Shown here: in pieces, positions 51,641-61,782 of the stretch
Numbering within the stretch: position 1 is the stretch's first letter
Layout: every line of letters starts with the position of its first letter
Assembly (NCBI GenBank): GCA_963771165.1
Contig: CAVYSN010000001.1
Span: 62,980-126,979, forward strand
Length of the DNA stretch: 64,000 nt
Direction of reading: 5' to 3'
Source of the DNA: an uncultured bacterium
GTDB taxonomy: Bacteria; Acidobacteriota; HRBIN11; JAKEFK01
Translations under genes and position numbers: made by a program
The notes under the pieces: generated by a model
What the model saw: the letters and a program-made list of their open reading frames with translations, nothing else
Database searches by the model: none
Told to the model about the DNA's origin: nothing

Positions 51641-52827
51641 TTAGGAAGTAGGTTTTTCTTTGAGTTGTTTTTCGATCAGGCCTTTGTCGATCTCGCTTTT
51701 CTCATCCGGGGCTTCCACTTTCACAGTCGGAGCCTCTTCCTTCTTTAAGACCTTTTCCATAACCGGCCTGGCCTTCTCATCTTGTATCTTCTCAGCCACA
51801 ATCTCAGGGAATTTATCCGGCGCGATCCATCCCTGTTCCACGGCGTGTTTTGCCGCTGCGAGCGTATCATCGGTCAGGATCAGCGTGCTGCCTGCTTCAA
51901 TCACTTTCTTGGCAAGTTCCCGAATGGCTGCAGGCCGTTTTAAGTCACGGCTGACGTTTCTGATGTAGATCGCCAGGATTCGTTTGGGATACATAGAAAG
52001 GATTTCATGATAGATTTCAGGATCCTTTTGTCCGCTATCTCCTATCAGGATAAATGGGAGATGGCTTACGACGTCCATGATGTGGCGGATCGTTTCCAGT
52101 TTGTGGTCGCGGTGGTTGTGCGGCAATGTATCCCGCGAGCCTCCCCAATCCCGCAGGAGCAGCGGTCCAATCGGAATATTCTGCAGATAGAAAAACTCCA
52201 TCAGCAGGTCATACAAATTCCAGGGACTGCTCGATACATAATAGAGCGGGTTCGTGGGCTTTCCATTCTCCTCATGCAAAGCCTGATAAAACGCGGCGAC
52301 TCCTTTGAAGGGCATTCGCGTTCTTGCATTTCCCAAAACTATGTTTTTGAACATTCGAATCACATTCGTAGCATCCGTTTGAAGAACGGTGTCATCCATA
52401 TCACTGATGACACCAAACCTTGCATCTTCCGATGGGATCATCACGTAACCCGTTTCTTGAATCTTTCCTTGACCCGGATGCATTGGCTCCAGGAGTTCAA
52501 CGTCCACCTGGTGCCAGAGTTTGTCCTGAACAAGGGGAACGGACGGTTGCAGGGAGAAACTGAAGTAGCCTTCCGAATCGGTTATGGCTTCCTGGGTGAA
52601 GCCGTTTATGGAAGCTCGTGTCCGGGCGCCGGGGATCTCATCGCTTTCGAAACGTTTCCACGCGTTTCTAAAATTCCGCCATGCTGAGTCTGTCACCGCT
52701 GACAGGCCAACATCTTTGCTTTCCAGTACCCGGCCACGGAGATAGACGATTCGTGGATTTCCATACCCGCGATACGGAACAATTTGAATCGGACTTTTCG
52801 CGCGAAGTTTTCGGGCCCAATTGCGCG
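51641..52827 (-). CDS. App1-family (DUF2183) phosphatase; probable frameshift near the 5' end
   Basis: DDTVLQTDA ... YVSSSPWNLYDLL ... LLRDWG. The conserved N-terminus IVPYRGYGNPRIVYLRGRVLE is in frame upstream of the track start 52696, but the ATG at 52827 is in another frame. Confidence 0.6.
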
Positions 52828-52874
52828 CTTTGTTTATAGGGAGTCATGATTTTACCGTTCTACATATATTATCT

Positions 52875-53925
52875 ATGGATATGGAGCTTCCTGTTCAACC
52901 GCCCGTCCCGCCGATGCTGGCTGTCCTTTCGCGCGAGTTGCCTGAAGGCAAAGGATGGTTGTTCGAGCCGAAGTGGGATGGTTTTCGAGCGCTCGTTTTC
53001 CGGGATGGTAACGATTTAATGATCCAGAGTCGCGATTTGAAACCGCTGGACCGCTATTTTCCGGAGCTCCAGGAAGACTTGCGGAAAGTCCTTCCCCGGA
53101 AAGTTGTTCTGGATGGAGAAATTGTTATCGCCGGCCCGAACGGTCTGGATTTTGACTCATTACTGATGCGGATTCATCCCGCTGCTTCACGCATCGCGAA
53201 ACTGGCAAAGGAAACGCCCGCTTCCTTCGTTGCGTTTGATATTCTGGCGCATTCCAGCACGAATTTGATGAATGTTTCGTTGGAACAACGAAGAAAAACG
53301 CTGGAGAAAATCGGCGCAAGTCTTCCACCGCCTTTCTATTTAACTCCGGCTACAACCAGCATTGAAAACAGCAAAGGATTGGTTTATCCGCTTCGAAGGG
53401 GCCGGTTTGGATGGAGTGATCGCGAAAGAATTAGATCAGGTTTATGTGCCCGGTGAGCGGGTCATGCTCAAGGTGAAACACCAGCGCACGATCGATTGTG
53501 TTGTCGGAGGATTTCGCTGGTTCAAGGATCTGAAAGGACAGGCGATCGGTTCATTGTTGCTCGGTTTATATAAAGACAAAACTCTGCATTACGTAGGGCA
53601 TGCATCGAATTTTCAGAAAGAGGAGCGCCGCAAACTTGTAGAGTTTTTGAAACCCTACCGCGATTCTTCGGGAAAGGAAGGATTTGGAGCCGGCCGAACG
53701 CCGGGTGGAATCAGCAGATGGACAAAGAACGCCGATGTGACCTGGGAACGATTACGTCCGGAACTTGTTTGTGAGGTTGCATTTGATCATTTGCAAGGTG
53801 AACGGTTTCGTCATGCTGCATCGTTTCTTCGATGGCGACCGGATAAACCACCCATCGAATGCACCTTTGATCAGATCGACACAGCGGTCCCCTTTGAGCT
53901 GAAGCAGATCTTTGACATCGAGTAG
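52875..53925 (+). CDS. ATP-dependent DNA ligase (ligase domain only, LigC-like), frameshifted
   Basis: Motif I KWDGFR in EPKWDGFRALVF. Pieces 52821..53456 and 53362..53925 are collinear (adenylation plus OB domains). Confidence 0.75.
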
Positions 53926-54310
53926 TGGAGCCTGTCGAAAAATTCGACGAACTGTGGCAGAGCATTACAACGACTGTGCACGGGCAGCATGGACTCTACG
54001 ATGCTTAACAGTAATCAGAATTCTTGTTGTGTTGGAAATGCTCTGCATCATCCCCGAAGAAGCAGAGCATTTTCTAAAGTAAGAATGCCTATACTCAATG
54101 CTAGAGTCATACCTTCGAAAGAAAGTCCCTGGTCACGGAATGCTCGCCAGCACGGTGGAAGCAACACCTGAATGGACAAGTGTGGATTTTCTGGGAGGAA
54201 TTGCTCGGCAGAGCATTTGCTCAACTGCTGAAAGCATAGGCTAAGAACAATTCATCAGAGCGGAACTAAAGCTTAGCAAGAGTACCCGTCAAATGCTCCG
54301 CCACTACGAG
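53919..54310. repeat. MITE-like element R2, composite (about 1.5 units) of the GCAGAGCATTT-box family
   Basis: Left end CGAGTAGTGG overlaps the ligase stop codon. Boxes at 53966 (direct), 54033 (inverted), 54063 (direct), 54207 (direct, fused to an AGGAATTGCTC right-end fragment) and 54291 (inverted, AAATGCTCCGCCACTACGAG). Confidence 0.7.
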
Positions 54311-54355
54311 ACTGACGTGTTTCTGCGGTTAAACTATAATCGTGAATAATCGGCC

Positions 54356-57300
54356 ATGACTCATACGCGCAAAGACCCTCTGATTGGCAGCAGGATCCGG
54401 GAATACGAGATTCTTGAACTGCTGGGAAAAGGAGGGATGGGTTCTGTCTATCGAGCTCGCCATGCCTATCTCGAAGAAGAACGCGCAATCAAAGTCATTC
54501 ATGGCCGACATACCGGTGATAGTGGTTTCATCGAGCGCTTCATACGTGAAGCAAAGATCCTGACAAGACTGCGCCATACGAATCTGGTCCAGCTTTATGA
54601 ATTCGGGACGTTGGAAACGGATTCATTTTTCATGGTGATGGAATTGATCCGCGGAGAAAGTGTGTGGCACAGGATCCAACGAATGGGGCGAATTCCAATT
54701 CCGGATGCCGTTCGAATGATGCGTGAAGCCGCTTCCGGTCTCCAATGCGCCCATCAAAATGGAATTATTCATCGCGATATTTCGCCTGACAATCTCATTC
54801 TTCTGAACAATAGCCTCCCGGAAATCACGAAGGTCATTGATTTCGGAATTGCAAAACCTTTGCTGGACACCTCCCTGCAGCTCACGGCTTCCAATCTGTT
54901 TATAGGCAAACCGGAGTATTGCAGTCCGGAACAATGCACGTTTTCCGAAAACAGACAGCCGCTCGATGCGCGCTCCGATATTTATTCCCTGGCGGTTACG
55001 TTTTATCAGATGTTGACAGGAAATCTTCCGTTCTATTCAAAAAGTCCACAGGGTTACTTCATGAAACACGCTCACGAACTACCCGATGCTCCTTCTTCCC
55101 ATTTTGCGGCAGGAACTTTTCCGGAGCTTTTAGACAGGCTGATTTTAAAGGCGTTGTCAAAACGACGTGAAGATCGCCACGAAAACCTCGGAGAATTTTT
55201 ATCTGAGCTCGACGCATTCTCTGAACAGCGAAGCATTCCCCTTCTGTTTTCTTCCGAACCGGAGATTGGAGAAGTGTTTGCCGGACGTTACTTGATAGAA
55301 AAGAAGCTCGGCAAGGGCGAGATGGGAATGGTTTTTCAAGCGGTCGACAAGATATTGGAGATTCCAGTCGCTTTGAAAACGATCTCCTGGGACATCGCGG
55401 AAGATGAAAAGAATTTGGCGCGTTTTAAGCGGGAAGTGATCCTGGCACGCAAAGTAAGTCACGCGAACGTTTGCCGCGTGTATGACATTGGAGAAAACGC
55501 AAATGTTCATTATGTATCGATGGAACTTGTGGAAGGTAAGACGCTTGCGGATTACATGCGCGCCCAGGGGCGGCTCACGATGGAAGCAGCCATCCCGATT
55601 TTGGAACAGGTGCTATACGCGATTCGCGAGACTCATCGTGCAGGGATTATTCATCGCGATTTAAAACCGCAAAACATCATGATCGATCAACAAATGCGCT
55701 TGAAGATCATGGATTTTGGAATCTCACTCTCGCCAGATTTTTCTCGAATTACGCAAACCGGATCACTTCTTGGAACGCCGCATTACATGGCTCCCGAAGT
55801 TTTTGAGGAAAAGAAGGTGGATGAGCGCGCGGATCTTTATTCCTTTGGCGTTTTGATGTACGGCCTATTTACGGGACGCCTTCCGTTCGATGGCCCGACT
55901 CCGATCGCTGTTATCTATGCGCACCTAAAGGGAGATCCGCTCAAACCTTCAGAGATTGTTCCGTCATTTCCAGCAGGTTTGGAGCGAATCATTCTGAAAG
56001 CTCTGCAAAAAGAACCTTCGAAAAGGTATGAAAGCGCAGACAAAATCCTTCATGATCTTGCGTTGATCAGTCAACCGACTTCCGATCCGAAGTTGCATGC
56101 AGGGGAACAATTTACACATAAGTTGATTGCGGAGCACCGGTATGGAAAAGCGATCCGGGTTCTTCAGTCGTTGCTGAAAGAACACCCGGGCAACCTTCAA
56201 TGGAAAAAACTTTTAAAGAATGCGGTCGCAGAGAAAGCAAAAAGGGACATTCATCGCACACGATTTTTGATACGCAAAGGCAACTGGATGCAGGCTGAAG
56301 TGTGTCTGGACCGAATTGGAGGACCGCAGCTGGAAGTTCCAGGCGTTCTCAATCAGGTCAAGAAACTGCAGGAGCTTCTGATATCCGGGAAAAAATTCGC
56401 GGTTGAGAAGTACGTGAAGGAAGCAGAGGAGAGGCTTTTGAGAAGCGACTATCTGGCCGCGATGGCGAGTCTGGAATCTGCATGGCATTTGCAGCCAAAC
56501 GATCCTGCAATCATTCAAATGCAGGAAAAAATTCAGCTCGCACAGGAAACGGAATCCACGGAAAAATATAAAAAACAATTGAATGAAGCTCAATTGCTGT
56601 TGTCTGAAGGTCACGATGAACAAGCGTTCTCCATTGCTCAGGAAATTCTTGGCGAAAACCCTTCCCATCGATCAGCCAAGGCTCTTCATGATCAAATTCT
56701 CGATAGCCGTTGGGAGAAAGTTCAGGAGCCCATCAAGCAAGGCCTCGAACTTGCCGTTCAACCCCTCTCTTTTTGTGATTTTGAAGTTGCGCTGGATCTG
56801 TTAATGAAATTGCAAAGCGATCTTGAGATAGAGTCCTGCCGAAAGGAAATTGACAGGATCCGGAAAGCCGTCACATCGCTCGACTCGGCTTTTCAAGCGG
56901 AGCAGTACTACGACGTTCCGCACGTGGTGAAAAAATTGCTCGCAAAGGATCCCTTTCGCTGGTTGGAACCGCATCGTTCTGTTTTTACCGAAATTGAAAG
57001 CGCTGCTGCGGAAAGACTAACCCAGCGTCAAAAGACAGTTCAGGAAGCGCTATCCGAAAGCCGAACCCTCTTGAACGCAGAACGTTACTTAGAAGCACTG
57101 GCTAGAGTAGAAGAAGTATTGACAAGCTGGTCCGTGCCGGAAGCGGAAGAATTGAGATCTAGGATCCTTCATGCCTATCGAGAATCGAAACAGCGAGAGG
57201 CGCAAGAATTCGCCGTGCAACTGGAATGGGAGCAAGCGATATCATGCTGGAAGGAGATCCTTGTTTTTTTTCCGGAAGCAGCCGAAATCAAGCAGTCTGT

Positions 57301-58894
57301 GTCACAAGCCGAATCTCATGTGCGAACGGAACTTGGCGCTCAACAAGAACTTCTTCGTAATCTGAAAAATTGCTATTCCTTAATTCTAAAAGAGCACTGG
57401 GCGGAGGCGCAGGATCTTGTCGAAAGCATGTTGAAATCGATTCAGCCGGGATTCCGGCTCATTGAAATGGAGAAGCAGATAGAGGCGCTCCAGACTGAAA
57501 TCCTTCTTTATAACAGACAGCAGCAAAAGCATCTGGAATCTGTTTCGCTTGAATTATCGGAGATTCGAAAACTGTACAGACGCGGACTATACGCAGAGGC
57601 CCTGGAAAAAATTTCCTTGATACTCGAGTTGGATATTGTGCAGGAAGAGGCTTTGGAATTGAAGATTTCCATTGAAAAAGCCATTCAGGTCCAGTCTGTG
57701 TCGTTGAGGTTCCAATCGGCAGTGCAAAAAGGGAAGGAGTACTACGAGCGCCGGAACTGGCAGAAGGCGATTGAGTTCTGGAAGAAGGCGAGTTCACTTT
57801 CGGATGAGACCTACGTGAAGGATTGGATCGATCAGGCCGAGCAACTTTTGAAAAAGGAACGGCAGACTCGCTTATCAATCATTGCAATGCTTGCCGAAGC
57901 GGAAGAATTAATCTTTTACAACAAATTTGTAGAAGCTGGCCGGAAAATCGACAAATGCAGAAAAGCTCTCTCAAACGAGTTTTCCCTGGAAGATCTTTCC
58001 GAACAAGTACGAAAGTTATCAGCCAGACTGGAGACTGAAATACAAAAAGAGGAGGCCTTTCGTTACAGTCTGCAAGCAGAACTGGAAGAAGCGGCGCTTC
58101 TGTATCATCAAAAGCTTTATCCGCAAGCGCTGCTGAAACTGGATGCGATCCTGCAACAACAGCCTGAAATGGAGACTGCCATGCAGTTAAAATCTTCGAT
58201 TGAAGCGGCCGAAGGGGAGGAACGGAACGTGTTGGAGATCATTCGAGCCGTTGTAAAACTCGTTGTGAAAAAGGACTTCAAGCACCTTCCGGGTTTGTTG
58301 TTGAAGCTCAAGGAAACATCGATCCGAACACCTTATGCCGAAGATTGTTCAAGCATTATTGATGAAATGCCTTTACTGGTTCTGGAAATCGAATCGGGTG
58401 ATCAGGTTGCTGTGCAAGGACGGTTGGATCGTTTGTTTTCGCGATCTTTGCTCTTGCTCGAGTATGAACAGACGCTAAGGACTTTTGTAGAAGCACTGGA
58501 ATCGAGGAATCAGAAGGAACATGATCTGCAAAAGACGCTTTCGGAAGGACTCGAGTTATTGGAAGCAGGGGATCGTAAAGGAGCGCTCCAGTGTTTGGAG
58601 AGATTTCATCTGATCCTTGGAGGTAAACAGCAGAAAAAAAAATCTCAACCCGCGGAACATTTAGACCGGACAGCAACGTTATCTGACGACGATCTGAAAC
58701 TTTCCGAATTCGAATTGCAGACTCTACAACATTCGTTGTTGCATCATGAAGTTGAATCGATCCTTTCAACTGCTCATAACATCCTGATCGCCGGTGACAA
58801 AGCGCGAGCAGAGGAGCTATTCTTGCAAGTTCTTGAAATCGAACCGGACAACCAGGGAGCGCTCGAAGGATTGCGCCAAGTAAAACAGGATTGA
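54356..58894 (+). CDS. Giant tandem dual Ser/Thr kinase with ~900-aa C-terminal TPR/coiled-coil array (1512 aa)
   Basis: Kinase 1 has GKGGMG, AIK, HRDISPDN, DFG. Kinase 2 has GKGEMG, ALK, HRDLKPQN, DFG. Both carry a full catalytic residue set. The rest is helical repeats. Confidence 0.85.
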   Translation: MTHTRKDPLIGSRIREYEILELLGKGGMGSVYRARHAYLEEERAIKVIHGRHTGDSGFIERFIREAKILTRLRHTNLVQLYEFGTLETDSFFMVMELIRGESVWHRIQRMGRIPIPDAVRMMREAASGLQCAHQNGIIHRDISPDNLILLNNSLPEITKVIDFGIAKPLLDTSLQLTASNLFIGKPEYCSPEQCTFSENRQPLDARSDIYSLAVTFYQMLTGNLPFYSKSPQGYFMKHAHELPDAPSSHFAAGTFPELLDRLILKALSKRREDRHENLGEFLSELDAFSEQRSIPLLFSSEPEIGEVFAGRYLIEKKLGKGEMGMVFQAVDKILEIPVALKTISWDIAEDEKNLARFKREVILARKVSHANVCRVYDIGENANVHYVSMELVEGKTLADYMRAQGRLTMEAAIPILEQVLYAIRETHRAGIIHRDLKPQNIMIDQQMRLKIMDFGISLSPDFSRITQTGSLLGTPHYMAPEVFEEKKVDERADLYSFGVLMYGLFTGRLPFDGPTPIAVIYAHLKGDPLKPSEIVPSFPAGLERIILKALQKEPSKRYESADKILHDLALISQPTSDPKLHAGEQFTHKLIAEHRYGKAIRVLQSLLKEHPGNLQWKKLLKNAVAEKAKRDIHRTRFLIRKGNWMQAEVCLDRIGGPQLEVPGVLNQVKKLQELLISGKKFAVEKYVKEAEERLLRSDYLAAMASLESAWHLQPNDPAIIQMQEKIQLAQETESTEKYKKQLNEAQLLLSEGHDEQAFSIAQEILGENPSHRSAKALHDQILDSRWEKVQEPIKQGLELAVQPLSFCDFEVALDLLMKLQSDLEIESCRKEIDRIRKAVTSLDSAFQAEQYYDVPHVVKKLLAKDPFRWLEPHRSVFTEIESAAAERLTQRQKTVQEALSESRTLLNAERYLEALARVEEVLTSWSVPEAEELRSRILHAYRESKQREAQEFAVQLEWEQAISCWKEILVFFPEAAEIKQSVSQAESHVRTELGAQQELLRNLKNCYSLILKEHWAEAQDLVESMLKSIQPGFRLIEMEKQIEALQTEILLYNRQQQKHLESVSLELSEIRKLYRRGLYAEALEKISLILELDIVQEEALELKISIEKAIQVQSVSLRFQSAVQKGKEYYERRNWQKAIEFWKKASSLSDETYVKDWIDQAEQLLKKERQTRLSIIAMLAEAEELIFYNKFVEAGRKIDKCRKALSNEFSLEDLSEQVRKLSARLETEIQKEEAFRYSLQAELEEAALLYHQKLYPQALLKLDAILQQQPEMETAMQLKSSIEAAEGEERNVLEIIRAVVKLVVKKDFKHLPGLLLKLKETSIRTPYAEDCSSIIDEMPLLVLEIESGDQVAVQGRLDRLFSRSLLLLEYEQTLRTFVEALESRNQKEHDLQKTLSEGLELLEAGDRKGALQCLERFHLILGGKQQKKKSQPAEHLDRTATLSDDDLKLSEFELQTLQHSLLHHEVESILSTAHNILIAGDKARAEELFLQVLEIEPDNQGALEGLRQVKQD

Positions 58895-58960
58895 CAGGGT
58901 TGATTTTATTTACAGAAGTTTAGCAAAGGAAACAAAGAGAATTGACGCATGCTTGTTTTC

Positions 58961-59095
58961 GGAGAAATCGATGATAGATCGTGCTGTTGAAGAGGTTCAA
59001 AAGGCCGGAGGAATGATCATCGAAAGAGGAGAATTTTCTCCGGATTTTCCCAACGCCTTTGTAGGCGACCAGGACGGATACATAATCGAAATTTG
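58961..59095 (+). pseudogene. 3' remnant of a glyoxalase/VOC-family gene (44 codons)
   Basis: MIDRAVEEVQKAGGMIIERGEFSPDFPNAFVGDQDGYIIEIWYE resembles only the C-terminal beta-strands of a VOC domain. No room for the N-terminal half after the kinase stop. Confidence 0.35.
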
Positions 59096-59162
59096 GTATG
59101 AGTAAAGTATTGACTCTGAATAAAACCAGTACTATTTTTCTTCAGGAATAGCCGAGGAGTAT

Positions 59163-59924
59163 ATGTTAAGAACCTTTCTGATTGTCTGTTTCAGTGTGTG
59201 TAGTGTGCTGGCTGCTGACACCGTTAAGGTTCAGCCCGAGTTCGAATATCCTATTATTGATCCGAATTCCACCTACAGTTGGGAAAGCGTGCGCAGTGAA
59301 TGCCTTCCCCCGACTGAGAAGGATCCTGCAGAGCGTTGCACAATCAAGAAGCTCGGCGATTTGGGGCAAGTGGATAATAAGAATTTTTATTTCACTTTAT
59401 ACGAGTGGCTGGATAAGAGTGAAGTCGAAGAGCATGAAAAATCGGACCCGCCGGCAAAATATCCTCGCACGAACACAGCAATCGTGCTGTTTTATTCCAC
59501 TAAAGAGTCTCCAAATATGCTGCGACCGTTTTATGCGGATCGAACGGACCTGAATGTGGGTTGGTTTGAAGAACCGCGAATCATCAGAGGCGCGCAGGGC
59601 GTTCTTCTGCAAATTCCGCATCGCGGACCGAAAACGGCGAACACGGAAGTCGACAGCATTTTGAGCTGGCAGGCTTCAGAGTGGCGAATAATAGATACTC
59701 AATCCTGGGTTGATGATTTGCAAAATCGTTTGCCGGAGGGATGCTCTGTGATTCGTGAGACTCTCGTGAACTTTGAAAGCATGAAAGCGAGCAACTATCT
59801 TTGGAAGGCTTCCGATTCGAACTGCTGTCCGACTTGCGGCCGTTTTTCAGCGACTCTGGCTCTGCAGGAAGATCGTTTGGTGATTAAAAATCTGCAACAC
59901 AACCTGAAAGCTCGTTTGAAGTAG
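59163..59924 (+). CDS. Secreted hypothetical protein
   Basis: GAGGAG SD. Signal peptide MLRTFLIVCFSVCSVLAADT. Cys-rich C-terminus. Confidence 0.5.
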   Translation: MLRTFLIVCFSVCSVLAADTVKVQPEFEYPIIDPNSTYSWESVRSECLPPTEKDPAERCTIKKLGDLGQVDNKNFYFTLYEWLDKSEVEEHEKSDPPAKYPRTNTAIVLFYSTKESPNMLRPFYADRTDLNVGWFEEPRIIRGAQGVLLQIPHRGPKTANTEVDSILSWQASEWRIIDTQSWVDDLQNRLPEGCSVIRETLVNFESMKASNYLWKASDSNCCPTCGRFSATLALQEDRLVIKNLQHNLKARLK

Positions 59925-60024
59925 TTGTTGCCCTGATGTAGGGGCGCGATTTATCTCATCCGGATCATCCTCCTACATAAGTTATCGGTGCATCGGAAGG
60001 TTGCCCCTCTTCGAACAAATCGGA

Positions 60025-61473
60025 TTAACCGGACCATTTTGGTATCCGGAATCCTATTAATGGTAACAAGGAAGATGATTGCTGCGAGCCCTCTTGATTG
60101 AAAAGAATGTGTATTAAAACAGGATACGGTCGCGCACTCATATTCATCCACCAGAAATCGATAGGATTGCGCGTCGTCCCTTCACGCTTTGCGATCTTAT
60201 AGGATTCTATCGTCGTGCAAATCCACTCGATCGGGTTCGACCCTCCATTTTTTAAGAGAATATTGATTTGCCGCGATCCGGTCAGTACAAAGTACGTGTT
60301 GAAAAGCAGGAATCCCCAGAGTACACAAATGGCGGCAAGAACCGTGGATATCTTTCTGAAACGTAAAAAAAGTTCTGAGAGGCCAAACGCCCAGAAAACG
60401 TATAGATGCGTTAAGAGTCTTTGTCCGAAAGTACTTCCAGGAAAGATAATCGCAGCAAAGCGGATGCTGATGATGACGATGGAAACCACTGCAACCGCCA
60501 CGATGGCATGACGGCGCTTCTTGAAAAAAGCCAGTATCAAACCAATCGTTCCTAGAAGTGCAATAGGCGACCAGGGGTAAATTCCAGCCACCGGATGGAA
60601 AAAAAGCCAGAAGAATTTAAAAAGGCGTGCTTGGGCATGCTTTGCGACCGACACAGCGTATCCTGTCGCAATTAGTTTTCCGTATTGACCTAAATTGAAG
60701 AACACATGAATCATAAGAACCGGAAGCGCCCCGGCAAGTATTTCAAAACACGTATGCACAGCGTTTTTAAAACCCTTTTCGCGTTCCAGGTAAATCACAC
60801 CCAGCACAAGGACCGGTACAATTACGATATTGTTGTTTCGCAGAAGTACGGAAAAAGCCAGAACAAAACCGAGTAATACTTTTCGAAAGTGGATCGGGCC
60901 TAGTCGCCATTCATTTGTTGAAATAGCCAGCACAAATGAGCATGTCACAAGAAAAGTATCTGATGCGTGAGCAAAGGAGGGAACTGTAAAAGTATAAAAA
61001 ACCAATGGAGTTCCGATAAAACAAGATACCGAAATAAGAAGGGAAGCAATCGGGGAAAGTTTTTGATGGCGAACGAGAACATAATAGGCCAACGCAACAG
61101 AAAGAAAGCTGTAAAAAATACTTCCCGAAAAAAAACCGAAGGTATGCGAAAACGGAAACCTGACGTTTTGCGCATAAGGCCTGAATTCGCGGAGTACGGA
61201 AAAAAGGTCCATCACATACAGAAAAGGAAGATACAGAAAGGCAATCCCACAGGAGTAATAGGAACCTATTTTGCCATCCGGACCCTGTAGGACTCGAATT
61301 TCACGATGCTCAATGTATTGATTTTCGAGATCGAAATCGTGATCTTTCAATAGACTGATTGTCAAACCGTAGTACGAAATGCCGTCGTTTTGAATCACGG
61401 GCCTTCCATAAAACAGAGCCAGAACAAGAAACAGGAACAGAAGAAGACCCAGCATCACGATATGAATCTTCAT
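60025..61473 (-). CDS. Polytopic membrane protein, putative GT-C-like glycosyltransferase
   Basis: More than 10 TM helices. Converges with the upstream gene. Confidence 0.4.
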   Translation of the reverse strand: MKIHIVMLGLLLFLFLVLALFYGRPVIQNDGISYYGLTISLLKDHDFDLENQYIEHREIRVLQGPDGKIGSYYSCGIAFLYLPFLYVMDLFSVLREFRPYAQNVRFPFSHTFGFFSGSIFYSFLSVALAYYVLVRHQKLSPIASLLISVSCFIGTPLVFYTFTVPSFAHASDTFLVTCSFVLAISTNEWRLGPIHFRKVLLGFVLAFSVLLRNNNIVIVPVLVLGVIYLEREKGFKNAVHTCFEILAGALPVLMIHVFFNLGQYGKLIATGYAVSVAKHAQARLFKFFWLFFHPVAGIYPWSPIALLGTIGLILAFFKKRRHAIVAVAVVSIVIISIRFAAIIFPGSTFGQRLLTHLYVFWAFGLSELFLRFRKISTVLAAICVLWGFLLFNTYFVLTGSRQINILLKNGGSNPIEWICTTIESYKIAKREGTTRNPIDFWWMNMSARPYPVLIHILFNQEGSQQSSSLLPLIGFRIPKWSG

Positions 61474-61587
61474 TTGCAGATGATGTTAACATGAATGATA
61501 TGGTTGCAGGGGCGTGATTTCAAAAACCCGCGTTTATGTTTGCTGATCGGGCGCGTTGAACCACGTTCCACTACAGGAGTGTGCACT

Positions 61588-61782
61588 ATGACTTACGAAG
61601 AAGCTTTCGATTACATGCGCAGTCTCAGCAGTTTTGGAGAAGATAAGATCCGCGAAGTGTTAACGGAGCATTCTCAACAAACAGGATCTGATTTTATTTT
61701 GAAGGACGAAGACAGCAACACATCTTTCCAAATTAGATATACTGAACAGGACGGTTTTATCATAGACGCTTTATTTTCATGA
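61588..61782 (+). CDS. Small hypothetical protein
   Basis: MTYEEAFDYMRSL ... . Its stop overlaps the next start (ATGA). Confidence 0.35.
   Translation: MTYEEAFDYMRSLSSFGEDKIREVLTEHSQQTGSDFILKDEDSNTSFQIRYTEQDGFIIDALFS

Noticed and set aside
5015-54310. Considered whether the repeated GCAGAGCATTT boxes are a CRISPR array
   Set aside because: Boxes are only 11 nt, in mixed orientation with irregular spacing (15-140 nt). The same spacer-like sequences recur between loci, and no cas genes are present.
59936-59990. Hairpin ATGTAGG..CCTACAT between convergent genes
   Set aside because: Imperfect stem with a large loop. Plausibly a weak bidirectional terminator, too uncertain to list as a feature.
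23800-60025. Looked for tRNA, tmRNA or rRNA genes in the intergenic gaps (23800-23990, 24560-24856, 35812-35977, 40008-40172, 58895-59162, 59925-60024)
   Set aside because: No cloverleaf-compatible segments with conserved GTTC..A T-loop or anticodon-arm spacing recognised by eye. Cannot run tRNAscan-SE, so absence is provisional.
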